NCBI RefSeq assembly: GCF_006345805.1
Contig: NC_043026.1
Coordinates: 11,160,001-11,224,000 of the forward strand
Length of the DNA: 64,000 nt
From: Octopus sinensis
Taxonomy: Eukaryota
Direction of reading: 5' to 3'
Every line of letters begins with the position of its first letter. Position 1 is the first letter of the stretch. The position numbers and the translations under genes are program-made. This document shows, piece by piece, positions 34,625 to 47,075 of this stretch. Below the pieces are notes generated by a model, which was not told the DNA's origin, searched no databases, and saw only the letters and a list, made by a program, of their open reading frames with translations.

Positions 34625-35046
34625 GGCTGGGTAACTGTTGACCTCCCCTGTAGCAAGACAGTTGTTTCTGCCTCTCTGTTACACTAATCTTTCATCATCC
34701 GACCCAAGATCAATTCCTCCAATTCCCCCACTCCCTTCTCAAAGAGTCTGTGATTGCAAAGTCACTTGGTGACCTTGCCAATGCAGGTGTCACTTAAAAA
34801 GCACCCAGTCCACACTGTAAGGCATTTGGCATTTGGAAGGGCATCCAGCTATAAAAATCACATCAGAACTCGTGAATGCCATGTGAAACACACTCGGCCC
34901 ACTCTATGGAGTTGTTGGTGTTAGGAAGGGCATCCACCCATAGAAACCATTCCAAAACACACAGAAGCATGGCACAGGCTCTTGCCTGACCAACTCCTGT
35001 CAAACCATCCAACCCATGCCAGCATAGAATGACAATGTTAAACAAT

Positions 35047-35706
35047 GCACAGGAGTGGCTGTGTGGTAAGTAGCTTGCTAACCAACCACATGGTTCCGGG
35101 TTCAGTCCCACGGCGTGGCATCTTGGGCAAGTGTCTTCTGCTATAGCCTCGGGCTGACCAAAGCCTTGTGAGTGGATTTGGTAGATGAAAACCGAAAGAA
35201 GCCCGTCGTATATATATATATATATATATAATATTAATTAGAGACAAAACCACTATTATGCAAATCAAATAAAGATGAATGTCCATAAAAGTGACAAGAA
35301 ACGATCGTAGTGGATATCTTAATTATATTTAATTTATATAAAATTTTTTATGTATTGGATTAAGTCTTTCTTTATTTGATTTGCATAATAGTAGTTTTGT
35401 CTCTAATTAATATTACATTATATTTTACTATAAAATTGGATTCAATCCTAAATCTGATTTTTCCCTGTAAATTTGGATTTATTCCCTAATATTTATTATG
35501 TGTGTGTGTGTGTGTGTTTGTCCCCCTAGCATTGCTTGACAACCGATGCTGGTGTGTTTACGTCCCCGTCACTTAGCGGTTCGGCAAAAGAGACCGATAG
35601 AATAAGTACTGGGCTTACAAAAGAATAAGTCCCTGGGGTCGATTTGCTCGACTAAAGGCGGTGCTCCAGCACGACCGCAGTCAAATGACTGAAACAAGTA
35701 AAAGAG
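35047..35706 (+). mobile_element. CORE-like SINE (family B) split at its internal microsatellite by a foldback-containing insert
   Basis: Head 35047-35210, tail ~35500-35706. Confidence 0.8.
35230..35414. repeat. 46-bp inverted repeat (1 mismatch) with ~93-nt spacer
   Basis: Arms 35230-35275 and 35369-35414. Confidence 0.88.
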
Positions 35707-36280
35707 TTAATGCTGATGATTTTGTGATGTTTGTCAGTACAGAAATACAATATAATTTTCACTTTTGTAGTTTTACTGTTAAAGCATGTTGTTTACCTTC
35801 AATTCTTGCTTCTCTGTTGTTGTTTCAGATTATCAAACAACATTGGAAGAACTGTTTACCTGAGATTTTCATCATCATCGTTTTTTTGATGTCTACTTTT
35901 TCAAGCTGACAACTGTCGAACAGTTTGACACGAACAAATGAACCAGAGAACTCAGTCTTGCTGTAGATGTGAATTCGTGGCTTGCTCACGTGTACATCAT
36001 CGATATTTCTTATTTGTTTTAAAGACGAAGTGTTCTTCATACACATTTATGATAGAAATAGCATTAAGATATTTTTTGTGAACTAAGCTTCATAGAAACA
36101 TTTTTCTATTTCACTGGCTGCTATATTCAGAAAAAAGATTTTGTATTTTAATTGAACTTTAATTATAAAAGGGTTCAGAGCATCCTCAGATATTATCAAA
36201 GATCACAGCAGTATTTAGTGAGTATAAAATACAACAAAAAATTGCTTCATATTTTGATAAGAAAAGAAAAATAATAGAAA

Positions 36281-38221
36281 ATGAATTCTGTGAGAACAAA
36301 GTTACCTTTAAAAGGCAGAAAAAAAAATATTCGTTCTTCTAATAGGAAAAAAAACAAAGGTAAAAGATCATCATCATCATCATCATCATATCACTGTGAT
36401 ATCTGTGGCAAATCATTCTCTCATCATCCTAACTTAACTAGACACAAACGTATTCACACAGGCGAGAACCCATATCGCTGTGACATCTGTGGTAAATCAT
36501 TCTCTCAAAATGGTAACTTAACTATACATAAACGGATCCATTCAGGAGAGGAACCATATCACTGTGATGTATGTGGCAAATCATTCTCACAAAATGCCAA
36601 TTTAGCTACACACAAGCAAATTCATTCAGGAAAGAAGCCATATCGCTGTGATATCTGTGGTAAATCGTTCTCACAAAATTCCAATTTAACTAGACACAAA
36701 CATATTCATAAAGGAGACAAACCCCATCACACTCCTACCAGTGATAAATCATTCCCAGAAAAGAGTATTTTAACTACGCACAACTGTATTCACACAGGGA
36801 AGAAGAAGCCATATCGCTGTGATATCTGTGGTGAAACAGTCTCTCGAAATGATCGCTTAAGTTCTAACAAGCGAATTCCTAGAGGAAAGAAACCAAATAA
36901 CCGTGGTAAATCATCCTCTCAAAATAGTAGCGTAAGTACTCACAAACGGGTTCTTAGAGGAGAGAAGCCATATCGATGTGATATCTGTGGTAAATCATTC
37001 TCTCAAAATAAATTAAGTACTCACAAACGAACTCATTCAGGTGAGAAGCCATACCAATGTGATATCTGTGGTAAATCATTCTCTCAAAATAGTAGCTTAA
37101 TTACTCACAAACGAATTCATAGAAGTGAAAAGCCATACCACTGTGATATCTGTGGTAAATCATTCTCCCAAAATGTTAACTTAAGGACTCACAAACGAAT
37201 TCATTCAGGCGAGAAGCCATATCAATGTGATATCTGTGGTAAATCATTCTCTCAAAATAGTAGCTTAATTACTCACAAACGAATTCATAGAAGTGAAAAG
37301 CCATACCACTGTGATATCTGTGGTAAATCATTCTCTCAAAATGGTAGCTTAAATATTCACAAACGAATTCATTCAGGAGATAAGCCGTATCACTGTGATA
37401 TCTGTGGTCAATCCTTCTCACAGAATTGCAATTTGGTTAGACACAAACATCTTCATACAGAAAAGAAACCATATTGCTGTGGTATCTGTGGTAAATCATT
37501 TTCACCAAATGGCAATTTAACTACACACAAATATATTTATAGAGGAAAGAAGCCATACTGTGATATCTGTTGTCAATCATTCCCTCAAAATGATCACTTA
37601 AGTGCTGACAAACGAATTCATAGAGGTAAAAAGCCATATCACTGTGATATCTGTGGTAAATCATTCTCTGTAAGTTGTAAATTAACTAAACATACACGTA
37701 TTCATACAGGAGAGAAACCATATCATTGTGATATCTGTGGTAAATCATTCTCTCAAAATGGTACCTTAAGTACCCACAAACGAATTCATTCAGGATATAA
37801 GCCGTATCACTGTGATATCTGTGGTCAATCCTTCTCACAGAATTGCAATTTACTTAGACACAAACATATTCATACAGGAACGAAGCCATATCGTTGTGAT
37901 ATCTGTGGTAAATCATTCTCACAAAGTGGCAATTTGGCTACCCACAAATATGTTCATATAGCAAACAAACCATGTCGCTGCGATATTTGTGGTCGATCAT
38001 TCCCTCGAAACGATCACCTACGTACTCACAAACGGGTTCATAGAGGAGAGAAACCATATCGCTGTAACATCTGTGGTAAATCATTCTCACAAAATTGCAA
38101 TTTAACTAAACATACACGTATTCATACAGGTGAGAAACCATATCGCTGTGATATCTGTGGTAAATCATTCTCACAAAACATCCACTTAAGTAAGCATAAA
38201 ACTATCCATAAATCAGTGTAA
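36281..38221 (+). CDS. C2H2 zinc-finger protein B, 646 aa, ~22 finger units (5 degenerate), basic N-terminus
   Basis: Tandem fingers; units 5-7, 14 and 15 lack Cys/His ligands; Lys/Arg-rich leader. Confidence 0.9.
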   Translation: MNSVRTKLPLKGRKKNIRSSNRKKNKGKRSSSSSSSYHCDICGKSFSHHPNLTRHKRIHTGENPYRCDICGKSFSQNGNLTIHKRIHSGEEPYHCDVCGKSFSQNANLATHKQIHSGKKPYRCDICGKSFSQNSNLTRHKHIHKGDKPHHTPTSDKSFPEKSILTTHNCIHTGKKKPYRCDICGETVSRNDRLSSNKRIPRGKKPNNRGKSSSQNSSVSTHKRVLRGEKPYRCDICGKSFSQNKLSTHKRTHSGEKPYQCDICGKSFSQNSSLITHKRIHRSEKPYHCDICGKSFSQNVNLRTHKRIHSGEKPYQCDICGKSFSQNSSLITHKRIHRSEKPYHCDICGKSFSQNGSLNIHKRIHSGDKPYHCDICGQSFSQNCNLVRHKHLHTEKKPYCCGICGKSFSPNGNLTTHKYIYRGKKPYCDICCQSFPQNDHLSADKRIHRGKKPYHCDICGKSFSVSCKLTKHTRIHTGEKPYHCDICGKSFSQNGTLSTHKRIHSGYKPYHCDICGQSFSQNCNLLRHKHIHTGTKPYRCDICGKSFSQSGNLATHKYVHIANKPCRCDICGRSFPRNDHLRTHKRVHRGEKPYRCNICGKSFSQNCNLTKHTRIHTGEKPYRCDICGKSFSQNIHLSKHKTIHKSV

Positions 38222-38514
38222 ATATATCCACAGTCAAATTTACTTACTTAATCCTTTCACTCCCTACAAAGCATAGGCCTTGAATGACTTTTCTTTATTA
38301 TTCTCAAGTTATCTTGCTTTTGAAATTTATGTTGATGTTCCTATAAGTTGCTTTTGTCTAGTAGGGGTATTGGCTCTACACATAGACTTATTTTTATCTC
38401 TAGTTGGAGGTTGTCCCAATAAGTTTGGCTCCTGTCTTTTGACCTGTCCTGCATGAGATGCTTTGCCAGTTGCCTTTGGCTCTACTGGTATAGATTCTAG
38501 AATTATTGAGTCAC

Positions 38515-38741
38515 TTAACCCTTTTGTTACTAACCCGGCCAAAACCGGCTCTGGCTCTGTGGTAAAATGTCTTGTTTTCATAAGTTTTGAATTAAAATCT
38601 TCCACCAAACCTTAGTCACAATTTATGTTCCTAACATCAGCTTAATCATAACTAAGTTGTTTTACTAAATTCTTTGTTATATTTAAAGTAATTGAAAGAA
38701 ACACAGAGTATCTCAAAATAATACAGTAACAAAAGGGTTAA
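38515..38741. mobile_element. Solo piggyBac-like MITE
   Basis: TTAA at 38515-38518 and 38738-38741 with CCCTTT/AAAGGG termini. Confidence 0.85.
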
Positions 38742-38789
38742 GGCCCTACATAACGATAAAGGACTTGAACTTGCAGTGGAATATTAATA

Positions 38790-38934
38790 CAGTAGTACCA
38801 CAGTTTTCGAACGACTCTGATCACGAATAAATCGTGCTTTATCTTCTATCTTTCTCATATTCATTTAATACACTAGTACCTCCATTTATGAACACTTCCG
38901 ATCACAAAAAATCATGCCTTATATACATCTCTGT

Positions 38935-38981
<47 letters not shown>

Positions 38982-39670
38982 GAGGCGTAATGGCTCAGTA
39001 GTTAGGGCAGTGGACTCGCGGTTTCGATTCCCAGACCGGGCGTTGTGTGTGTGTTTATTGGGCGAAAACACCTAAAGCTCCACAAGGCTCTGGCAGGGGG
39101 TGGTGTCGACCCCTGTTGTACTCTTTCATCCCAACTTTCTCTCACTCTTTCTTCCTGCTTCTTGAGTAATGCTGCGATGGATTGGCGTCCCGTCCAGCTG
39201 GGGGGGGGGGGACACATACGTCATAGAAACCGGGAAACTGGACCCATAAGCCTCACTGGGCTTTAAAAGGGCGCATTTATTTTTGTGGAGGCGCAATGGC
39301 CCAGTGGTTAGGGCAGTGGACTCGCAATCGTAGGATCGCGGTTTCCATTCCCAGACCGGCCATTGTGTGTGTGTTTATTGAGCGAAAACACCTAAAGCTC
39401 CACGAGGCTCCGGCAGGGGGTGGTGTCGACCCCTGTTGTACTCTTTCGCCCCCGACTTTCTCTCACTCTTTCTTCCTGTTTCTTGAGTAACGCTGCGATG
39501 GACTGGCGTCCCGTCCAGCTGGGGGGAACACATACGCCATAGAAACCCGGAAACTGGGCCCACGAGCCTGGCTAGGCTTGAAAAGGGCACATAAATAATA
39601 AAAATATATATAGATATATATATAAAGCACGATTTATTTGTGATCAGAGTTCGAAAACCAAGGTACTACT
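38790..39670. mobile_element. TIR-bounded element (~50-bp imperfect inverted repeats) hosting two nested SINEs
   Basis: AGTAGTACC...TCTGATCACGAATAAATCGTGCTTTA at ~38791-38841 versus its reverse complement at ~39622-39670. Confidence 0.5.
38981..39592 (+). mobile_element. Two tandem family A SINE heads with tail C (V-domain-like GCGATGGACTGGCGTCCCGTCCAG)
   Basis: Copies 38981-39276 and 39287-39592. Confidence 0.8.
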
Positions 39671-39869
39671 TTTTATGTGCTAAATACATTACAGTAAGTG
39701 TAATATTCAAGTTGTTTTGATTAAATAAAGTTGTTTGTTTTCTCATGCCTATAATTTGTCATTTTATGAACTCTGATACACATGTACAGGATCATCTAGT
39801 AATTAATGTTTCCTACTATAGGCATATAACACTACCATATAATAGTGTTATATGTTATATGGTAGTGAA

Positions 39870-40245
39870 ACATGGGTACCACAAAGAGAGAAGAGCAAAG
39901 ACTGGTAACGGCTCAAGGAGCCATGGAAAGGTCAATGCTTGGTATCTCGTTGAGAGAGCACATAAGTAGCGAGATCATCAGAAAGAAGTCTGGCGTGAGG
40001 GATGTCATCGCAGAGTTTAGATGGGCTGGACACGTCACCCAGCTCACCGATAATCGGTGGACGCACACAGTTGTCGAGTGGTACCCGCGCCGGCGGAAAA
40101 GACCTCCACGACGGTGGAGTTAGGATTTCAGGAGGACGATTGGGATCACGTGGATGAGAAAGGCGCGATCCAGAGAGAAGTGGACAAGTGCTGTGACCAG
40201 CGGTGTCAAATGGACGCCTGATGGACTGGTCGGTCAAGGTGACTA
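39870..40245 (+). mobile_element. RTE-clade LINE ORF C-terminal fragment (second RTE family)
   Basis: QRLVTAQGAMERSMLGISLREHI..EIIRKKSGVRDV...RWAGHV..LTDNRWT..VVEWYP. Confidence 0.85.
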
Positions 40246-40339
40246 TAGGTATAAGGTCTGAAACTTTTAGAAGTAATTTAACTAGATGAATGTATTTGTG
40301 ATGGGATTCTGTTATTAAATTAAGTTAATTTTTTGGCTC

Positions 40340-40515
40340 AAAAAGCAAAAGGCAAGGCCATGTAGGGGGACATGGAGTTATGTATAGGGGTGTTCATACA
40401 AACAGTTCAGGCCATTTCTGGTCAAGAGAGACTTTGAACCGAGCGGTCATCGGCAGCTTATTCCACGGATCTGCAACCCGGACAGAGAAAGGCCCTCTCC
40501 TTCGATTGAGATGAA
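40340..40515 (-). mobile_element. CR1/L2-like LINE 3' fragment
   Basis: HLNRRRGPFSVRVADPWNKLP..RFKVSLDQKW resembles the CR1 ORF2 C-terminus. Confidence 0.65.
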
Positions 40516-40840
40516 TTTGTTGTGATACCAGTGGCACGTAAGAGAACCATCCGAACGTGGCCGTTGCCAGCGCCGCCCTTCCTGGCCTCGTGCTGGTGGC
40601 ACATAAAATGCACCAACCGATTGTGACCGTTGCCAGCCTCACCTGGCCCCCGTGCCGGTGGCATGTAAAAGCACCTACTACACTCACGGAGTGGTTGGCG
40701 TTAGGAAGGGCATCCAGCCGTAGAAACATTGCCAGATCAGCCTGGTGCAGCCTTCTGGCTTCCCAGACCCCAGTTGAACCGTCCAACCCATGCCAGCATG
40801 GAAAGTGGATGCTAAACGATGATGATGATGATGATGATGA
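40516..40840 (+). mobile_element. RTE 3' UTR remnant
   Basis: GTTGGCGTTAGGAAGGGCATCCAGC...AAACGATGATGATG. Confidence 0.8.
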
Positions 40841-41899
40841 TCAAATGTTTGTGTTGTATATTAGCTCCTTCCATCAAGTTGACATTGCTTGTACTGGTGC
40901 CCAGTATGCTGTGTGTCACATCATTATCATTTAATGTCTGTGTTCTATTGTGGCACAAGTTGGATGGAGGTGACAGCATCCAGCAAGCTGCATCACAACA
41001 TTGAACTCCAGCGTCTATTTCGACATGGTTTACTGTCATTTTTTTACAGGTGCACAGTGTGCTGCATGTCAGATGTCATTATCATTTAATATCTGTGGTC
41101 CATGGTGCACAGGTTGGATGGGCGGGACAGGATCCATCAAGGATATAAGTACATATATACGATGGGCTTCTTTTCAGTTTCCGTCTACCAAATCCACTCA
41201 CAAGGCTTTGGTCGGCCCGAGGCTATAGTAGAAGACACTTGCCCAAGGTGCCATGCAGTGGGACTGAACCCGGAACCATGTGGTTCGTAAGCAAGCTACT
41301 TACCACACAGCCACTCCTACTCAACATTGAGCTCCAGTGACAGTTTTGACAAGGTTTCTATGGTTGGATGTCCTTCCTAATGTACAACACTTTGCACAAT
41401 GTACAGGATGCCTTTTTCAGGTTAGTAGCTGGCGCTCTTAACCATTACGCTATATGCCGTGGGCATATGTTCAAAATTTTATTTTAAAATATCCATTTTT
41501 CTGAAAGTTATGAAGAAACAAAGTCAAAGGGGCACACTTGTGTAGGAATACCTACAAAGTATGTAGTTTATCGGAAATTTGGCTGTTATTTCTAGCATGT
41601 GGAGAGAGTGCTTGAAGGCCTATTTAATGCGTGGGGTTGCAACACCCCTACGCATGCACAATGACTGAAAGGGTTTTAAAACATCCTGTATATGCTGTAC
41701 AGTCGCGAGGGGTCAATTTCAGTGTCGTAATATGTGTATTTCGCGCCCCCAAAAAAAAAAATTCTGGAAAAAGTGAAAAATTAAGAAACTGGTAGGGAGA
41801 GGGCATTGAAATTTTGAAATACCAATTTTTTTTTTCAAATTCACAATCTCCATAGTCGAAAACGTGGATTTCTGTAGAAAAATAAATAGATAATAAACA

Positions 41900-42271
41900 T
41901 AGGCGCAGGAGTGGCTGTGTGGTAAGTAGCTGGTTTACCAACCACATGGTTCCGGGTTCAGTCCCACTGCGTGGTACCTTGGGCAAGTGTCTTCTACTAT
42001 AGCCTCGGGCCGACCAAAGCCTTGTGAGTGGATTTGGTAGAGGGAAACTGAAAGAAGCCTGTCGCATGTGTGTGTCTGTGTTTGTCCCCCTAGCATTGCT
42101 TGACAACCGATGCTGGTGTGTTTATGTCCCCGTTACTTAGCAGTTCGGCAAAAGAGAGACCGATAGAATAAGTACTGGGCTTACAAAAGAATAAGTCCCA
42201 GGGTCGAGTTGCTCGATTAAAGGCGGTGCTCCAGCATGGCCGCAGTCAAATGACCGAAACAAGTAAAAGAG
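41900..42271 (+). mobile_element. CORE-like SINE (family B)
   Basis: Full head-core-tail match. Confidence 0.87.
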
Positions 42272-42522
42272 TATAAGGCCGTTTTGGTGACCGCCCGCCT
42301 TAAAAACTGGTTCAGTGACAGGTCGGACGGGTTTGTAAAGTTTTATTGTTGTTGGTAACAACATATTCTCTTTTCGGCCTAATTTCGTTATAGCTATACT
42401 CCACAACCCACGAAAATACCCAAACTGAAATGTTTTGATTTTGTCGAGTTATATCGAAAGAGTGCCCTTTATTTAATTAGACTGCGTTTAGTAATAACTA
42501 ATTAAGACTTATTACTATCACT

Positions 42523-43177
42523 GGTGGAAGCACTCCGTCGGTTACGATGACGTGGGTTCCGGTTGATCCGAATCAACGGAACAGCCTGCTCGTGAAATTA
42601 ATGTGTAAGTGGCTGAGTACTCCACAGACACGCGCACCCTTAACGTAGTTCTCGGGGATATTCAGCGTGACACAGAGAGTGACAAGGCCAGCCCTTTGAA
42701 ATACAGGTACAACAGAAACAGGAAGTAAGAGTGAGAGAAAGTTGTGGTGAAAGAGTACAGCAGGGATCACCACCATCCCCTGCTGGAGCTCGGATGGAAG
42801 CACTCAGTCGGTTACGACGACGAGGGTTCCGGTTGATCCGAATCAACGGAACAGCCTGCTCGTGAAATTAACGTGTAAGTGGCTGAGCACTCCACAGACA
42901 CGCGCACCCTTAACGTAGTTCTCGGGGATATTCAGCGTGACACAGAGAGTAACAAGGCCGGCCCCTTGAAATACAGGTACAACAGAAACAGGAAGTAAGA
43001 GTGAGAGAAAGTTGTGGTGAAAGAGTACAGCAGGGATCACCACCATCCCCTGCCGGAGCCTCGTGGAGCTTTTTAGGTGTTTTCGCTCAATAAACACTCA
43101 CAACGCCCGGTCTGGGAATCGAAACCGCGATCCTATGACTGCGAGTCCGCTGCCCTAACCACTGGGCCATTGCGCCT
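42523..43177 (-). mobile_element. Family A SINE with tandemly duplicated 3' portion
   Basis: Near-identical ORFs at 42573-42803 and 42843-43097. Confidence 0.87.
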
Positions 43178-43303
43178 AGAATCATAATTGACCAGCAAAA
43201 GCAGATACAGATGGGACATAAGAAACAGTTGAAAGTTGTGCTAAATATATCATTGTCCTCATTTATTTAAAGTCCTCCTACTTCAGTCAACCTTATTTCA
43301 CCT

Positions 43304-45974
43304 AAACAGTATCGTTTACATATTTTCTTGAGTGTCACTACTTGAACATAGCTTTCATTGTTTCATTTTACGACTTTATTAAGTGTCATTGGCCGAGTCG
43401 TTGGCGGAGGTAAAGCATGTGGACCACACCCATTTCAGTTTTATGGGGTTGTTTTTTTTCTACAGAAACCGGATCTCTTCCAGCGGTGTATATTTCATTT
43501 GTCACTGTTATTTATGACAACCCTAAAACCTTGACCCTAAAATCCTAACCCTAACCCTAAAACCTTAAAACCAGTACAAACGCACAAACGATGTCATAAA
43601 TAACAGTGACTAACGAAAAATACACCACCTAAAGTTGTTGTTGACAAACAACAGCAGTAATTTTATTCAGCTGAATACACGTCATTGATTGGCTGAAATT
43701 ACTGAAATACGAGAACTTTGACATGAAATCATCATCATCGTTTAACGTTCGTTCTCCATGCTAGCATGGGTTGGACGGTTCGACCGGGGATCTGGGAAGC
43801 CAGAAGGCTGCACCAGGCCAGTCAGATCTGGCAGTGTTTCTACAGCTGGATGCCCTTCCTAATGCCAACCACTCCGAGAGTGTAGTGGGTGATTTTATAT
43901 GCCACCAACACAGGTGCCAGACGAGGCTGGCGAACGGCCACGCTCGGATGGTGTTTTTTATGTGCCACCGACACAGGTGCCAGATGAGGCTGGCAGACGG
44001 CCACACTCGGATGGTGTTTTTTATGTGCCACCGACACAGGTGCCAGATGAGGCTGGCGAACGGCCACGATCGGATGGTGTTTGTTACGTGCCCACAGCAC
44101 GGAACCCAGCCGATGTGGTACTGGCTACGGCCACGTTCGGATAGTTTTCTTGTGTGCCACCGGCACTGGTACCACAAAGATACAAATTCCATTGATGTTC
44201 ATCTATTTTGATTTGGTTTGATTTTATTGTCATAAATAACAGTGACTAACGAAAAATACACCACCAATAGTTGTTGACAAACAATAGCAGTAATTTTATT
44301 CAGTTGAATACACATCATTGATTGGCTGAAATTACCGAAATACGAGAACTTTGACGTGAAATCATCATCATCGTTTAACGTCCGTTCTCCATGCTAGCAT
44401 GGGTTGGACGGTTCGACCGGGGATCTGGGAAGCCAGAAGGCTGCATCAGGCTCCAGTCTTATCTGGCATTGTTTCTACAGCTGGATGCCCTTCCTAACGC
44501 CAACCACTCCGTGAGTGTAGTGGGTGCTTTTTACGTGCCACCCGCACAGGTGCCAGACAGAGCTGGCAAACAGCCACGAACGGATGGTGCTTTTTATGTG
44601 CCACCGGCACGGGGGCCAGGCGAGGCTGGCAACGGACACAAACGGATGGTGCTTTTTATGTGCCACCGACACGAGGCCAGTCGGGGCGGCGCTGGTAATG
44701 GTCGCGAAACAGAAGGTTCTCTTACATGCCACCGGCACTGGTAATAAATCTGCAATTTCCATTGATCGATTTCGATTCTGATCCTTACTTGCCTCAACAG
44801 GTCTTCACAAGTAGAGTTTTGTGTCCCAAGAAGGGAAGGTATGCATACGTAGGCTGGCTCCATCCCATGTAGAAGGCCACGGGTTATGGACTCACTTGTC
44901 CTGCCGAGTCTTCTCGCGCACAGCACAAATATGTAAACAGTATCGTTTACATGTTTTCTTGAGTGTCACTACTTGAACATAGCTTTCATTGTTTCATTTT
45001 ATGACTTTATTAAGTGTCATTGGCGGAGGTAAAGCATGTGGACCACACCCGTTTCAGTTTTATGGGGTTGTTTTTTTTCTACAGAAACCGGATCTCTTCC
45101 AGCGGTGTATATTTCATTTGTCACTGTTATTTATGACAACCCTAAAACCTTGACCCTAAAATCCTAACCCCAACCCTAAAACCAGTACAAATGCACAAAC
45201 AATGTCATAAATTACAGTGACTAACGAAATATACACCACCTAAAGTTGTTGTTGACAAACAACAGCAGTAATTTTATTCAGCTGAATACACGTCATTGAT
45301 TGGCTGAAATTACTGAAATACGAGAACTTTGACATGAAATCATCATCATCGTCATCATCGTTTAACGTCCGTTCTCCATGCTAGCATGGGTTGGACAGTT
45401 CAACTGGGGTCTGCACCAGGCCAGTCAGATCTGGCAGTGTTTCTACAGCTGGATGCCCTTCCTAACGCCAACCACTCCGAGAGTGTAGTGGGTGATTTTA
45501 TGTGCCACCGACACAGGTGCCAGACGAGGCTGGCGAACGGCCACGCTCGGATGGTGTTTTTTATGTGCCACCGACACAGGTGCCAGACGAGGCTGGCAGA
45601 CGGCCACGCTCGGATGGTGTTTTTTATGTGCCACCGACACAGGTGCCAGATGAGGCTGGCGAACGGCCACGATCAGATGGTGTTTGTTACGTGCCCACAG
45701 CACGGAGGCCAGTCGATGCGGTACTGGCTACGGCCACGTTCGGATGGTTTTCTTATGTGCCACCAGCACTGGTACCACAAAGATACAAATTCCATTGATG
45801 TTCATCTATTTTGATTTGGTTTGATTTTATTGATTTTATTGTCATAAATTACAGTGACTAACGAAAAATACACCACCAATAGTTGTTGACAAACAACAGC
45901 AGTAATTTTATTCAGTTGAATACACGTCATTGATTGGTTGAAATTACCGAAATACGAGAACTTTGACGTGAAAT
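43304..45974 (+). repeat. Direct duplication of ~1.05 kb (43304-44362 ~ 44935-45974), ~1.63-kb offset, including telomere-like foldback and RTE UTR
   Basis: Colinear near-identity from AAACAGTATCG to ACTTTGACGTGAAAT. Confidence 0.85.
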
Positions 45975-46712
45975 AACTTTGTAAATATAAGTTTTTCTCA
46001 AAAATGCTAAGAGTAAAAGATGTTTTATATGACACATTCTGTAACCTAGCAGTTCAGCAAAAGAGACCAATAGAATAAGCACCAGGCTTAAGAAAAATAA
46101 GGCCTGGGGTTGATGCATTCGGCTAAAATTTCACCAGAGCAGTACTCCAGTATGGTCGCAGTTTAATGACTGAAAGAAGTAAGAAAATAAAAGATAAATA
46201 CATAAAAATTTAAGAAAAAAACATTTTCTCATATTTTATTAAAAATAAAGATTGAAAATTTCCACTACAAAAATAAGCATTTTTTAACACAATGATAAAG
46301 ACCCAAAGTCAGCTTGGTGGACACAGTTCTGTATTTATGCCAGATTGTATGGGGGGAAGCCTGGGCTGGCAATAGTACCAAATAATACCATCAATTACTG
46401 CATCAAGTGAGACCAACCATAGTGATATCACTGATATAGTTCACATTGAAATAGTCTTCGTCCAGCATGGATTAATATGTCAACTTAGCAGTTCGGCAAA
46501 AGAGAGACCGATAGAATAAGTCCTGGGGTCGAGTTGCTCGATTAAAGGCGGTGCTCCAGCATGGCCGCAGTCAAATGACTGAAACAAGTAAAAGAGTGGT
46601 GGTTTCTGATATATTTCACAATGATAGACGTGGCCTAATGTGTACTTGTTGGTGGACAACGTAAGATTTTCAAGAAAAGTGATTCTCATGTTTCACTGTT
46701 GAAAGATTTCTT

Positions 46713-46953
46713 TCAAGTATGTATTTGCTCGTGTCTGTTTAAGTAACTGTTGTGGACAAATGACTTCTCACATATAAGGTTGTCCCAAAAGTTCGTAGAA
46801 AGTCTTGGAAAATAATGGTCTTTATTTTGAGGAATAATTTTTGTTGTTTTTGTTAGTACTTGGCGAGTAAAAATTCAATTTTCGCGAGTGTTTACGAACT
46901 TTTGGGACAACCTAATAATTCACAATGGAAGGGCTTTTCCCCAGTGTGTCTAT
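46713..46953 (-). pseudogene. Duplicated last finger and stop of ZNF-C (with 3' UTR back to ~46480), disrupted by a MITE
   Basis: Matches 49319-49416 (HKQIHT* vs HEQIHT*). Confidence 0.85.
46775..46915. mobile_element. Mariner-like MITE, 141 bp
   Basis: TIR TAAGGTTGTCCCAAAAGTTCGTA / TACGAACTTTTGGGACAACCTAA; TA TSD; the empty site is visible in ZNF-C at ~49379. Confidence 0.88.
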
Positions 46954-47075
46954 GCGTTGGACTCCTGATTGTAAGATTGTGGTTTCGATTTCTGGACCAG
47001 GCAAATAACTCACAAATAGACTTCCTAAATATTTTGGCAAAACAGTTTCTCTCAAACAATATAAGCACAATAATA

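Noticed and set aside
34296-34687. SLSL-rich ORFs (also 57751-58041)
   Set aside because: Translations of (CT)n/(GA)n tracts
43520-43570. Telomere or chromosome-fusion site from CCCTAA repeats
   Set aside because: Only 2-4 degenerate units, embedded in a dispersed repeat
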